DNA from: Schmidtea polychroa
Taxonomy: Eukaryota
Assembly (NCBI GenBank): GCA_044892525.1
Contig: CM097887.1
Coordinates: 116,600,397 to 116,664,396, forward strand
Direction: 5' to 3'
Length of the DNA stretch: 64,000 nucleotides
In this document: positions 52,532 to 64,000 of the stretch, piece after piece
Layout of the letters: each line of letters opens with the position of its first letter
Position numbering within the stretch: the stretch's first letter is position 1
Position numbers and translations under genes: made by a program
Notes under the pieces: generated by a model
Database searches by the model: none
What the model saw: only the letters and a program-made list of their open reading frames with translations
What the model was told of the DNA's origin: nothing

Positions 52532-53665
52532 TTTATAGACTGATTCATATTCTTCAAACTCTCTTTTTAATAAATTCAAAGGAAAACATAATCAGTGGTG
52601 AAATTGGAAGAAATAAAAGTTCTTATAATATAAATATATATGTAAATAAATATATATAAACAACAAAACAAGTTTTTACAATGTCTATTTATAATCAAAA
52701 ATTTACCAATTGAATGTACAATTTTCTTTCGATTTCGCTAGATAATGCGTGCAAATATGTAATTGTGTGACTGTTATGTTATTCCGTGTTATGTTTATGC
52801 TACATGTTGTATCCGTCTGAGTTTAAAATCTAATAAGGATTTACCTTTTTAGACTATGTAAAAAGTGGTTTTATTTTTGGGAGAAGAATAGTGATTTCAA
52901 GTCTCTATTTATACTATTGTCTATGCTTGTTGTATTATAATAATTTAATCAATTTATTTTTAAGTGTCCTTGATAAAGATTTGAATTATAATTTCTATAC
53001 TTAACTGTGTGTCATTATTTGCGCGTTATTGTTATTATTGTTATTACTTTTATTACTGTTATTTTTATTCAAGGTTTGTAATTTTAAAATTTTAGACAGT
53101 TTGTAGGAATTTCTTTAAAAATAACTAATTTTTAAAATCATTCCAAAGCATGGTGTATTTAAACAATTTCTTGAATGAAAACGCGGTTTCCTTTTGCAAG
53201 TTTTAAATTTGAATGAATAAACGTGCCTTTGCTCGCTATTTCAAAGCAGTCTGCTCTGAGAGTTTCATACGACATGTTTTTATCTTCAGTAAAATCTAGA
53301 ATATACTGTGTAATAACTGCGTTTGTTGGTGGTTTATTTGGTCTCTTGTCATAATTATCTATTATAGGACATTTATTTGATTATTAAAATGAAACACCTA
53401 TAAAAGTTAAAAATCAAAAAATAATATTCATGTGTATTGGACAAAGGAGTTAAAATGGTTCAATCAGACATTTAATAATTAATCAATATACTAACCTATA
53501 TAAAGTGCTCGTCATTAACAAAATTGACATTAAAAGTATCCTGATATATAAACAGGTAGAGAAAGTAATGAAAAAATTAAATAACTACAGACAAGTGCAG
53601 TTCAAAAAAAAATTTATAATAAAAAGACATAAAATTACTTTTGGAAATTGATATTTTAGTGTTAA

Positions 53666-53969
53666 CTACGAAAATTCTATATAATAATTGTCATCATAAA
53701 CTAGACAGTAATTTAGAAAACGTCATACCCTTTCAAATTCACAACCTTTTAAAGAATAAAGTTAAATTCATAAGGTCATAAAATTTGACATTAATTGCGC
53801 GCGGGTATTAATCTCGTCTGAATGGTGTTAGTACCTGGATCAATATTCAGCATTTTATGGTACGCTTGTCACTATACGGGGTTTAAAAGGTTGTGAATTT
53901 GAAAGGGTATGACGTTTTCTAAATTACTGTCTAGTTTATGATGACAATTATTATATAGAATTTTCGTAG
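53666..53969. mobile_element. TTAA-flanked MITE with ~88-bp TIRs
   Basis: 53666-53753 is the reverse complement of 53882-53969; TTAA at 53662-65 and 53970-73. Confidence 0.9.
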
Positions 53970-53974
53970 TTAAT

Positions 53975-54145
53975 TGTTACAAAAGCACTGAGAATCTGAA
54001 AGTATTTAACGTATTTCAATAAATATTCTAGTCTCATTGGAAAGTTTTTGCATCTCCGAGAAATTGTTTTGGATCATAAATTGCCGAGAGGCATTAAAAT
54101 TCAATGTGTAGTTTGTGATGGTGTGACTTATCGAGTACCTAATTT
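53975..54145 (+). pseudogene. Decayed duplicate of DPP3 last exon, copy A
   Basis: YKSTENLK...[frameshift]...FLHLREIVLDHKLPRGIKIQCVVCDG versus intact YKSTANVK...FLHYREIVLDRKLPRGIIIQCVICGE; no acceptor AG at the homologous position. Confidence 0.85.
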
Positions 54146-54739
54146 ATGATTAAGAGCGTATATATTTTTAATATTTCTATTTTATCACAAAATCCTTAGC
54201 AGCTTCATTTCCTTGGCAATATTGAAATGCTTCATTTAAATCATCAATTCATTCGTTTGTTAAAAGCTTTTCTTAATCTGTATGCCTAGCTCTTATTTTC
54301 TTCTGTATCTTCAAATCTTTTCGTTTCATTTGTCGATAAAAATATTTTGACACTTTTACCTGAATTCTTCTGAGATTTGCCATGAGGTTAAAAAATCTCT
54401 TGAATTCTTGAGTAATTTTGCACCAATTTTATTATTTTCTATTGATTTGATAAAAATCGCCAGCGTGGTCGTTATATTAGCCACAGGGCCTTTTGTATTT
54501 ATAGTTAAATGTCATATTATTCAAACAAATTTTCCAGAAGAAATTCTTTCTATTTAGTAATGCTGCAGTTGGCAACATTTTATTGTAAGAGAGCCAAATT
54601 ATTTACTTTGGGATTATTGTGGGCCGCACTTGGGCCATATGTCATTATAGTATACTTACAATATTTGTGTACAAATATTTTAGTTTTAAAAATTAAACGC
54701 TAGTTATATTTTTACGACATTTTTTTGTGGCTGCATTTT

Positions 54740-54930
54740 TGAAGTAGAGACCTGTAGTATTGCGTCTAAATGTGAAATTGATAACCGAGAACAGTTTTTA
54801 TCTTTCCGGTGAATCAGAATTTAAAATGTTTGCTCACAAATATTTGTACTACCAAACATAGTAGTTATTTGCTGGGCAAACGTTTTTAACTTGTAGTTTT
54901 CAGAAGGTAAAGTTAGTTTTTTTCCTTAAA
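54740..54930 (-). mobile_element. Possible THAP-domain remnant of a DNA transposon
   Basis: QIFVSKHFK resembles the THAP CSxHF motif; weak. Confidence 0.25.
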
Positions 54931-55730
54931 AGCAATTTTAAGTGTGGTCTCACTTTGCAAATCAACCACGTTCATTTGCAAATCGCTTTGTAAATTATTG
55001 ATATCTGCGAAAAGTTTTCGAAAATCTCCATTTTTGAAATTCGTAAACCAGTTTTTACCCCCAGCTTCTTCTACTGCTTATTTTGAAATTTTGAAAATGA
55101 TCGAATTATTTTTTCATAAATGTGCTTAATAAATAATGTCAGTTTCATTTCAAATGATTTGGCATCTGAATGGTAAAATACAACACCTAAAGAACACCTT
55201 GAGTGGGCACGAGTAAACAAATACTATCGTATTTTTAGGCAGACAGAACAGTGTAATATGTACTTACTTATTTGGGAGCTTTTGAGACTAAAAATTCATA
55301 GATCCTGATATTGCGTTATTATAGTCATTACTTTTAATGCCAGGAATAATGTTATTATTGTGAAATAGGTAGATACTTACATAGAACGTTAAGAGAATGC
55401 ACCAAAATAACATATTATCAATAAATAAAACATGCTGCGAGTGTAAACGACGATGTAAGTAGGTAGTTAGTGCACCGCGAGTAAACGAGTGGTGTTAATG
55501 GCGATCGTTGATGGGATGACGTGAGGTATGAGTGAAGTAATTTCCTTTCTCACGTCTTCGCTCCCTTTCGCTTCATTGTGTTTGATATCGTTTGTCACGT
55601 GCGTTGCGGTGAATCTTGTGGGTCACTAGTTGCCGACCGCTGTAATAATGTATAAATAAGTAATTCAAAAGACAGCATAAATGAACAACATGCATTCTTA
55701 CATTATATGGAATTTTACCAAATTTTCTTA

Positions 55731-55905
55731 ATTGTTACAAGAGCACTGCATTTTTGAAAAAGAGTATCATATTTCCATTAACAACTTTTTTAACAATTCC
55801 GAAAAATCGTTTTGGATCATAAATAGCCAAGAGGCATGACATTTCGATATGTAGCTTGTGATGGTGATAATCATTCTGGAAACTTGTAAAGTACCAAATT
55901 TATGA
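55731..55905 (+). pseudogene. Decayed duplicate of DPP3 last exon, copy B
   Basis: YKSTAFLK...[frameshift] RKIVLDHK*PRGMTFRYVACDGDNHSG; same ttaattgttac start as copy A. Confidence 0.8.
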
Positions 55906-56277
55906 GTGAAAATTTGTTTTTTTAATTTTTTTATTTGTTCGCTTGAATCATGAATAGTTTCATTTCCTTGGCAATATTGAAGTGTTTCTTTTAAATAATT
56001 AATTTTATTCATTTGTTTCTAAATCGATCTGTATAATTTTTATTTTCGGATGGTTTGATAAATTTTTCAATTGTGGTTAGAGTTGCCACATGTCCTACTT
56101 TCGGTACTACAGTCTTACAATTTGGATGTTTGTCCTACGTACTATTGTTGTAGATTATTGATTTGTACTACTTTGAGCCTCTCAACATGTTGCAACTATA
56201 ACTATAGCTACAATTTTTGTTTTGGTATTTTTAGTCTCTGTAATTACTTATTAATTTTGTTATTTCAAAAATTTATA

Positions 56278-56758
56278 ATAATATAATTACGCTCATCACT
56301 GATTCACTGACTGATTCTATAACGCTCGCTAATTGGTTGATTTAATTGTAAATATTTTATGTTACTTATTATTATAAGTAGTTAATAGTAGCTCATTATC
56401 AATAATATTTCATTTGTCTATTCTGTTTGGATATATTATAAAATATTTTATACTACTTATTATTATAAGTAGCTAAAAGTACCTCAATATTTATAATAAT
56501 ATAATTCCTTTATATCTATATATTGTGGAATATTTTATATATAAGTAAGTAATAGTAATTCAATTCTAATATAATAATTCCTTTTTATGCATGTCCATCT
56601 GATGGAATATATTATAGAATATTTTATACTACTCATTATTATAAGTAGCTAACAGTAGCTCAATATTTATAATAATATTTCCCACCAAATTCTTAATATA
56701 TAATTACGCTCATCACTGATTTTATGATTTGTCAACGGGCGCCTTGCAATTAACTAGT
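56278..56758 (+). mobile_element. Helitron-like copies: a 5' fragment at 56278-56340 and a both-ends mini copy at 56691-56758
   Basis: aatatataattacgctcatcactgatt and ttatgatttgtcaacgggcgccttgcaattaactag|t match the element at 37343-37725. Confidence 0.7.
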
Positions 56759-57160
56759 TCTATAATATTATTCAAAAAAAATTTCTCGAAGAAATTCAGT
56801 CCAATTAGTAATGTATAAATAAGGAATTCAACAAGCACCTTAAATCAACAACATACATTCTCACAATTTTTAATTAACACTTTTGCGGACAATGACTTTA
56901 TTCAAGGGAATTAGTTTTCTGATTTCCAGGGATATGTTATATTAAAATCTTATTAGATGGTTTCTATCCTCATGAATCTATAGTTCTAAAGAAATAAACA
57001 CATAAAAGCCCTTGGGTAATTTAACGCATTCACGGACATTTCAGTAAGCATTGTGATTGTGAATAATTTTTCTTGAAAAGAACTCTCAGCGAAAGTGTTA
57101 AATTGTTAATAATTTTAATTAATCAAATAAATCACATTATAATTAATTTTCATAATTAAG

Positions 57161-57451
57161 TATTACAAAAGCACTGCAAATGTCAAAGATGGCGTCGCAT
57201 TTTTCCATAGATATTCTTTTCTCAACGAACAGTTTTTACATTATCGAGAAATTGTTTTGGATCGAAAATTGCCAAGAGGCATTATAATTCAATGTGTAAT
57301 TTGTGGTGAAGATAATCATCCACCGAGACTTGTTGAGTACCCAACTACTTCTGCTGGCATGATTCAGTCATTTGTGGATCGATTTTCTGGTGATCAAGCG
57401 GAATCTGCTTTGTATGATGTTTGGAAACGAGACCGCTCAATTTTTCTATGA
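57161..57451 (+). CDS. DPP3: Dipeptidyl peptidase III exon 3 (last)
   Basis: Acceptor AG at 57160, phase 0; YYKSTANVKDG...LDRKLPR...LVEYPTTSAGMIQSFVDRF...stop. The exons sum to 2136 nt (711 aa plus stop). Confidence 0.9.
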   Translation, partial: YYKSTANVKDGVAFFHRYSFLNEQFLHYREIVLDRKLPRGIIIQCVICGEDNHPPRLVEYPTTSAGMIQSFVDRFSGDQAESALYDVWKRDRSIFL

Positions 57452-57842
57452 GGATATTCTTGAACTTAATTTGCTAATTATTAGGAAACATTTTTAATAA
57501 ATAACTGTGCTCTTGACTTTTAATATATTTTGTCTTAATATACATTTGAAGTGTTCAAAATTTCTATTTGAATTTTTGATATTTTTGAGTTTTTATTAAA
57601 AAATAATTATTTATTTATACCAGATATTTCCAACACGTGAACCAATTAAAAGTTTTCTTAAGGATTTTTAGCATCGTCATTAGAATGAGAGAAAGTCTGA
57701 AGAATTAAAGGTTTAAATATTATCAATAAATATAATTTTTTGATGATTTGTTTTGGTTTTTCCCTTTATTCAATCCTCAATAAAGCCCCGGGTAAAATTT
57801 ATGTAGGCCAATCCAATTTATTGATTTTTCAAATCGACTTTA

Positions 57843-58025
57843 AAACCATGGGTCCGCTAGGACAAAGATTCTATATAGTTTAATTATTACTTTTAAGGGT
57901 AGAAAAGTGACTGTGTGTATTGGGCAATAAATAAGGGATAGTTCAACAACTTTTAAGAATCGAAATTTGACTTCATAACCATGGGCCGGCTGGGACAAAG
58001 ACACAAATACTATATAGTTTAATTA
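57843..58025. repeat. Imperfect direct repeat pair (aaccatggg.ccg.t.ggacaaaga...ctatatagtttaatta)
   Basis: Copies at ~57843 and ~57977. Confidence 0.7.
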
Positions 58026-58047
58026 ATATATAAGTCATACACACATA

Positions 58048-59996
58048 TAGGGTTTCTGGAAAACCGGGATTTAAAAAAAACGCGGTTTTCGGTTATTTCT
58101 CGGTTTTTAAATTATGTTTGAAATTATGAATTTCACAGCATCAAACCATTGTCTTTTTCGTGGTTTTGATAGTAAAAAGCGATAGTGAATATTTTAAAAA
58201 ATATTTAATTATATTTATTTTAGGTGAGACAAAAATTAAACTTTATTATAGTAAAACTTTAAAAAAGCAAGAGCATTCAGTGATCGGTCTGATAATCGTG
58301 ATCGTATCTTTGTACAAAAATTGGTGTAAATTGAAAATACTCTTTCAACGTCAGTTGATGTTTGCTCTATCGAGAGTAATGCATTGTAAAGTTTTTGCAA
58401 ATTTTCTGTTCTTTTTCCTGTGTTCTTATAAAGTGTAAATTCTTGCTTGAGCCACTTAAATTCATCTCGAATAAGATTTGGAATAGTGACTCTTTCCTTC
58501 TGCAAAAGTAATTTAAGTTCATCTTTAAGTGAAGTTGACACTATTTCTTGTGGTTCTTTAATAATCTCCAATTCTTGACAATTAATGACTCCAAAAAGAC
58601 GAGAAGCCAATTTTCAAGCATAGTTAATTGTATTTTTAGATGGTATATTTGTTGGATCTTTCAGGCATCGCAATAAATTCATTACTTCTTCATCATTCAA
58701 TCTTTCATCAGTTATTTTTCTTAAATCCTCATACAACTCAATACTAATGGTAGCGTCAATATCACTTAATTTTTGAAGCATGAATTCAATCACCGTGTCA
58801 GCTGTGAATAATGTAGAATCTTCACGTCTTAAAACTTCCACCGCCAGTTTTATTGGACCCATTGAACTTTGAAGTGAAGTTAATGCATCAAAATCTAATT
58901 TTTTATTATATGAAGTGCATTTAGTTCAGCAAATGTATCATAAAGGCAGATTTTAGTTTGAATAAGAGATTGAGAATAAGAGAATAAGGAATTGAGTTCC
59001 ATCAGTGTTTAACATCAAGATGCAATTCAATTTCTCGCCCAAACTCAGCGACAACTTTAGTTTGAAAAGCATGATATTTTAATGGAGAATTCTTGATATA
59101 TTTTACTACTTCACGGGAATTTTTCAGCACTTATGAAAGTCAAATTCATCATCACACTGTTCATCATTTACCACTTACAAATCCAAACTTGTATCAAAAT
59201 AGTCAGACTCATCCGTATCATCAGAATTGTTTACTGAAGAGTTTGAAGAATTATTTCTATTTTTATAAAGTATGTCAGTTACGGCTAAATGAATACCATG
59301 ATTCAAGCAATATTGTCCAATGATGTTAATTAAGCGCATAAATTTCTTGTTTACAGCAGCCCTATCTTGAGACGATCCAACAACATTTTCAACGATCACT
59401 CCAAGGGAATTCAAATGTTGTGTAACAATATCCACCATTGATTCAGCAGTGCAAGATCCAACCTGTTTTATAGGTTTTCATGTTTTTTCCGTCGTGAAGA
59501 TTTATGCCAAAGAATCTCCTGCCCCGAATTGTTGTGTATTCATCAACGCTCATGCTAAATTTCATCTTTTTCTCAATTTTGTTTTTGATTTCATTTGTCA
59601 TTTTACATTTTTTATCTTCATAATCGTCAAGAAGTAGCTTCATTACATCAGATTCATTAACTGACATATTAAATCCATCTTTTTTATGGAAGAACGAATA
59701 TGTTGGGCTAGAACTGACTTCTAGACCCAAATTTCTAATTGTGACTGAAATGTGTAAGTACACAGCATGCAAAAAGCAAAAAGTATAGTTAAATATTAAA
59801 AACTACACCAAATAAACAATAGTAATTAAAGGAAAAAACAACAAAAACCTAAACACAGAAATTAAATAAAATTATACCAAAAGCAAGAGGTTATGCAAAA
59901 TAGAACTCGAAAATAACCAAATAAACACAGATAAACATAAAACAGACTCGAATAACTTAAAAGACGAGAAAAACCGAAAAAATTCCAGAAAAACCC
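58048..59996 (-). mobile_element. Degenerate hAT transposon
   Basis: MSVDEYTTIRGRRFFGINLH, SQDRAAVNKK, CLNHGIHLAV, DVKH*WNS-like segment, LLSIEQTSTDVERVFS...RSRLSDRSLNALAFLK; ends tagggtttctggaa / ttccagaaaaaccca. Confidence 0.85.
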
Positions 59997-61459
59997 AGAA
60001 CATTCCATTAAAATGGCGATGACCATCACAAAAGCCAGCTAGAACAATAAAAATTAGAGAAAATAAATAAATTAGTATTAAAAATAATAAATCTTAAAAA
60101 GAAATTCATAAAACACCAGTTAGAATAAAAATTAAATTAAAAGTAAAATAGAATGTTCTGGAACCGTTCCAAATCCATCATGGGCGTCAAATTAACGAAA
60201 AATAATTAAAAAATAAAAATTTAAAAATAAAAACAAAAATTATGGCACAAAAATTGCCATTAAAAATATCAAAATCGCAAATTAGAAAATTCTGGAATAA
60301 AAAGAATTCGAGTTTGTTTTAATGCATCAATACATACACGTGTACAAAATAGGTATATATACTGACACTTTTCAGTCAGAATCATCATTATTTTATGCCA
60401 AATTTTGAACAAAAACTTTTCCAATTTACATAGTGAGTATATATGATTGAATTTTTTATTATTATCATGTAGTTATGATTTATTCAAGATTAAAGTAATT
60501 CCATATTTGATGTTTTTTTTATTTTTTTTGATGTACGAATGTTCAACGGCGTACTGGTATTCCTGCGTCGTTGTTCAGTCCTGCATCCAATTTGTTAAAA
60601 TCCTCATAGTACATGCAAACATGCATTATTTATATTACATTAATCTCTTATTATATGGCTCTTTTTGTTCGGGTCAGGCGGATGTCGAACTACTTCATGG
60701 TTCTGCCATGGAGTTAGGTCGAGGAAACCCTCCGTCTGACTCTTCGTATTTATTTAAGGTCAGCCGTAAATGGTTGACTTAGCACACAACACTAAGGTTT
60801 GTGGAAGTGGTCACAGTGGGGCCATGGAAGCAATATTCTTCCCGACTCATTGCGTAATATACAATTAAACTCAACACTTAAAATCCTGAACAATAACTCT
60901 ACACTAAGGTTCTAAATTGAGTAGAGCTCGTACCTAAAATTACACAATTCTACACTCACATTAATGTAGCTAGTTGATCCATAATGGTAATTTCAATTAT
61001 ACTTAGACATGCCGAACTAGATTTTGTAGTAAGGATCTTTGATAAAGTAATAGAAATAAGAGAGATATTCGGCATACGTACAGGTATAACTTGATCTAGA
61101 TATGCTGATTCCGAGTTAAGATAGACATTTTAAATCTAATTCCCACTTTAAAAGGTTTGTAAATGTGTAAGCTCTTAGTTGTAATATTCTTGTTGTTAAC
61201 TATAAAACTATAAGTTATAAATAATTACGATAGCTAAGTACAAATCACGTCGATCCTGAAAATGTAAATTGTTAATGGAGAGAGTCTGATCAGAGATAGT
61301 AGTAAACAATTTTTCGTATAAAAATCAACTTAGGATTGGTTACAGATAGGCGATAGACGCGCTAGAACTCTGAAGTTTAATTCACAAATAGGACCAGGAA
61401 ATCTGTAAGTACTGCGGAAAACAATGTTGATCATAGAAAGGAAGTTGTAAGAAGTATAT

Positions 61460-62150
61460 TCCGTCGACTAAAAATTTCAAATTATAAAGTATGAAAATAC
61501 GAATTACAAAATGCAAAAGTATAAATTTTAGATTAAAACTTATAAATTATAAGTTAAGCAATTATAACTTATAAAATACGAATGTATAAATTTCAAAATA
61601 TGAAATTATAATTATAAATTACAAGATTGTAAATCCCTAAATTGAAAAATTTAAAATTATAAATCGAAAATTATCAAAGTATAAATTATAAAACATAAAT
61701 TTATAATTCTAAAGCATGGGATTATAAAATTATAGTTATCATAATCCTGATCATTTCCCTTGTTATTATGATTAGCAGTATCAACATTATCATTATNNNN
61801 NNNNNNNNNNNNNNNNNNNNNNNNNNNNNNNNNNNNNNNNNNNNNNNNNNNNNNNNNNNNNNNNNNNNNNNNNNNNNNNNNNNNNNNNNNNNNNNNNNNN
61901 NNNNNNNNNNNNNNNNNNNNNNNNNNNNNNNNNNNNNNNNNNNNNNNNNNNNNNNAACTCATTATTATTCTTATTATTATTATTAGTATTATTATTATTA
62001 CCATCATCATTACCGTTATTAAAATTTATTATTAAGCATATTATTATTACTATCATTGCTATTATTAATATTAATATTATTATTATCATTATTATTATTA
62101 TTATTAGTATCGTTATTTCATTATTAATATTGGTATTATTATTATTACAG
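61460..62150. repeat. Low-complexity AATTAT/ATT-rich repeats flanking an assembly gap (N 61797-61955)
   Basis: Directly visible. Confidence 0.9.
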
Positions 62151-62666
62151 TTAACTACAAAAAATCGATATCCCAATCCGATATCGATCACCTGGAAATT
62201 TAGAAATTAGCAAATTAAATAAATTACTTGTATGCAGAGCAAACCACTCATAACGAGCACAACCGAAGGAAAGGTAAGCAGACGAAGAGCTTAGTTCGTT
62301 GCTAGCACCTGTCGCCCCAGCGTGCCCGAATTTAGTGGCCTAAAAATGATGATCCAAAAACTTTACATTTTATTCAAGTATAAACTAAAATTTATAAATA
62401 GCAATTAAAATTACCACTTAGTGGTAAACAAATTCTGGAATGTAAATGATTAATTTAAACAAACGGATTTTCGACGAAATTCCTTTTTCATCTAGTTGAT
62501 AATGAATGTGATTTTAATCTATTGTTCTTAGGCTCATGTGTGTTAGCTGGAAAATAAAGAATTTTTTTTTCGTTAACGTTGAATTTTTAAAAAAAGGGGG
62601 AAAAGGGATTAACAAAATCCCGTGTTTAACTTCGTAACATAATCTGTATAAAGTGACCTGATTGAA

Positions 62667-63032
62667 ATGTCCTACTCTGACAGCAGCAGCATCGAAGAAG
62701 CCGATCGGCAGACGATCACCCGACTCCGGACCCGGTACATTTGGTACCACATCCATCGGTGGAGTCAGGGACGGGACCTGGACTGCACAGATCGAGTGAT
62801 CCGGAAGGGCCCCGAAGTAGATGCCCCGGCGTGGGTGAAGGAGGAGCCGGGAAACGACCTTTTACAGGAGGCTCGCGACCGAGCGGCCGTCAAGGTGGAC
62901 GCGGCCCAGATGCGACTGAAGAAACTCGACATGCAAATCCGGGAAATCCGAGAAGGAAAGACTCTGGAGGACCTGGAGGAGGCCGAGGCGACCCCGCGAA
63001 AAAGGGGGAGGCCTCGCAAGTACCCGGCCTAA
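62667..63032 (+). CDS. Uncharacterised 121-aa protein with a coiled-coil segment and C-terminal AT-hook
   Basis: GC-rich intact ORF from ATG; AAQMRLKKLDMQIREIRE (helical, heptad-like); PRKRGRPRKY AT-hook; AATAAA at 63151. Confidence 0.6.
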   Translation: MSYSDSSSIEEADRQTITRLRTRYIWYHIHRWSQGRDLDCTDRVIRKGPEVDAPAWVKEEPGNDLLQEARDRAAVKVDAAQMRLKKLDMQIREIREGKTLEDLEEAEATPRKRGRPRKYPA

Positions 63033-63270
63033 CTCGTCCTCAATTCTAACTCGCGATAGACATGAACTTTACTCTGAACAAATCTCCTCTGTAATGAATT
63101 AATAAGATTTGATTTGATGATGAACTTTACTTTGCATGAGTTTCTTCTTTAATAAATTATCGTAAAAATGGGTTGGTCTTCAATAATGATAAGATGTCTT
63201 TATAACCAGTACCGATCTTATCAAGCGAATATCATGGTGTAATAACATAATCTAAGAATATTTCTTTTAG

Positions 63271-63701
63271 TGTTCAAACTACTGGAGAACCTACGGAAGG
63301 ACAGGGAAGAAGCACAAAAACAGGCCGAGGATCTCCGAGTCCGATTGGACAGACTCAAGGGACGGTGCCGGGAACTAGAAAGCACCTGGTTTAGTCCCCA
63401 GGATATGAAAAAGAAGGTGGCGCAGGTCCTCCAACTGCAGACCCAAGCTGCACAGGATCAGATGGAGATACGGGCCTTGAAGCTCCAACTCCGCGCGTTA
63501 GAAACCGAACGCAATGAACAAGCGGTTCACGGAGCCACAATAGGTCAAATCCGGCCGTTGACCGTGGATTTGGCAGCAATTTACCCTCCGGCCGCGAAAG
63601 ATAAGCCCCAAAGGAAGCGGCTGGGACGAAACATCCGGGAAAAGCTAAAGAAGGCCAGATTAGCCGAGTATGAACGACAAGAAAGGGCGACGCCCACGTA
63701 A
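63271..63701 (+). CDS. Uncharacterised coiled-coil protein with a basic tail, probably starting at a splice acceptor
   Basis: GC-rich open frame directly after tttcttttag (63270); LLENLRKDREEAQKQAEDLRVRLDRLK...LKLQLRALETE; basic RKRLGRNIREKLKK. Confidence 0.55.
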
Positions 63702-64000
63702 TCCCAGCAATACGAACAGTCATCTGGACTATACGCATTGAATTTTTGGTTGTTTATTGTTATGGTGTAAATACAATTTAGTTAACAAGTGTTGTATGAG
63801 GTGTATTGTCCGCAAATATCGAGTGATTGAGAATTAGTGAGTTGAGATTTTGGGAAAACAATTTTGATAAGGGACCTGAGAAATCGGACACACACCTTCT
63901 ATCGGTAGTCCGTGAACCCATGGAGTACTCGACAATTATAGTGCCTTGATGCGCTCACTTTTTGCGAGTACTCAACCCTTGGTACAGTACCAACGTTGAT

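Noticed and set aside
1-64000. tRNA, rRNA, snRNA, spliced-leader genes and telomeric arrays
   Set aside because: None recognised by eye; a tRNAscan-SE or Infernal run would be needed to exclude divergent copies.

Overview
Eukaryotic, very AT-rich invertebrate genomic scaffold with three N-gaps; the species cannot be determined from sequence alone. Three host genes are supported, all on the + strand: a Shaker/Kv1 potassium channel (one large coding exon), NDUFA9 (5 exons, two 45-bp introns) and dipeptidyl peptidase III (DPP3; 3 exons, with 13.6-kb and 5.9-kb introns). The rest is mostly decayed and nested transposable elements: a Polinton/Maverick end, Penelope-like elements, Gypsy, hAT, pogo/Tigger, mariner, IS630/Tc1-like, piggyBac, a REL-type non-LTR element, Helitron-like elements and MITEs. 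The most notable observations are: (i) a near-perfect ~290-bp palindrome carrying a minimal hammerhead-ribozyme core on each strand beside a Penelope-like element; (ii) a GC-rich island with two uncharacterised coiled-coil ORFs, one ending in an AT-hook; (iii) two decayed tandem copies of the DPP3 last exon upstream of the intact one; (iv) two inverted pseudogene copies of a signal-peptide plus Ig-domain gene, one ending at the Polinton terminus. All assignments come from reading motifs by eye; no searches were run.
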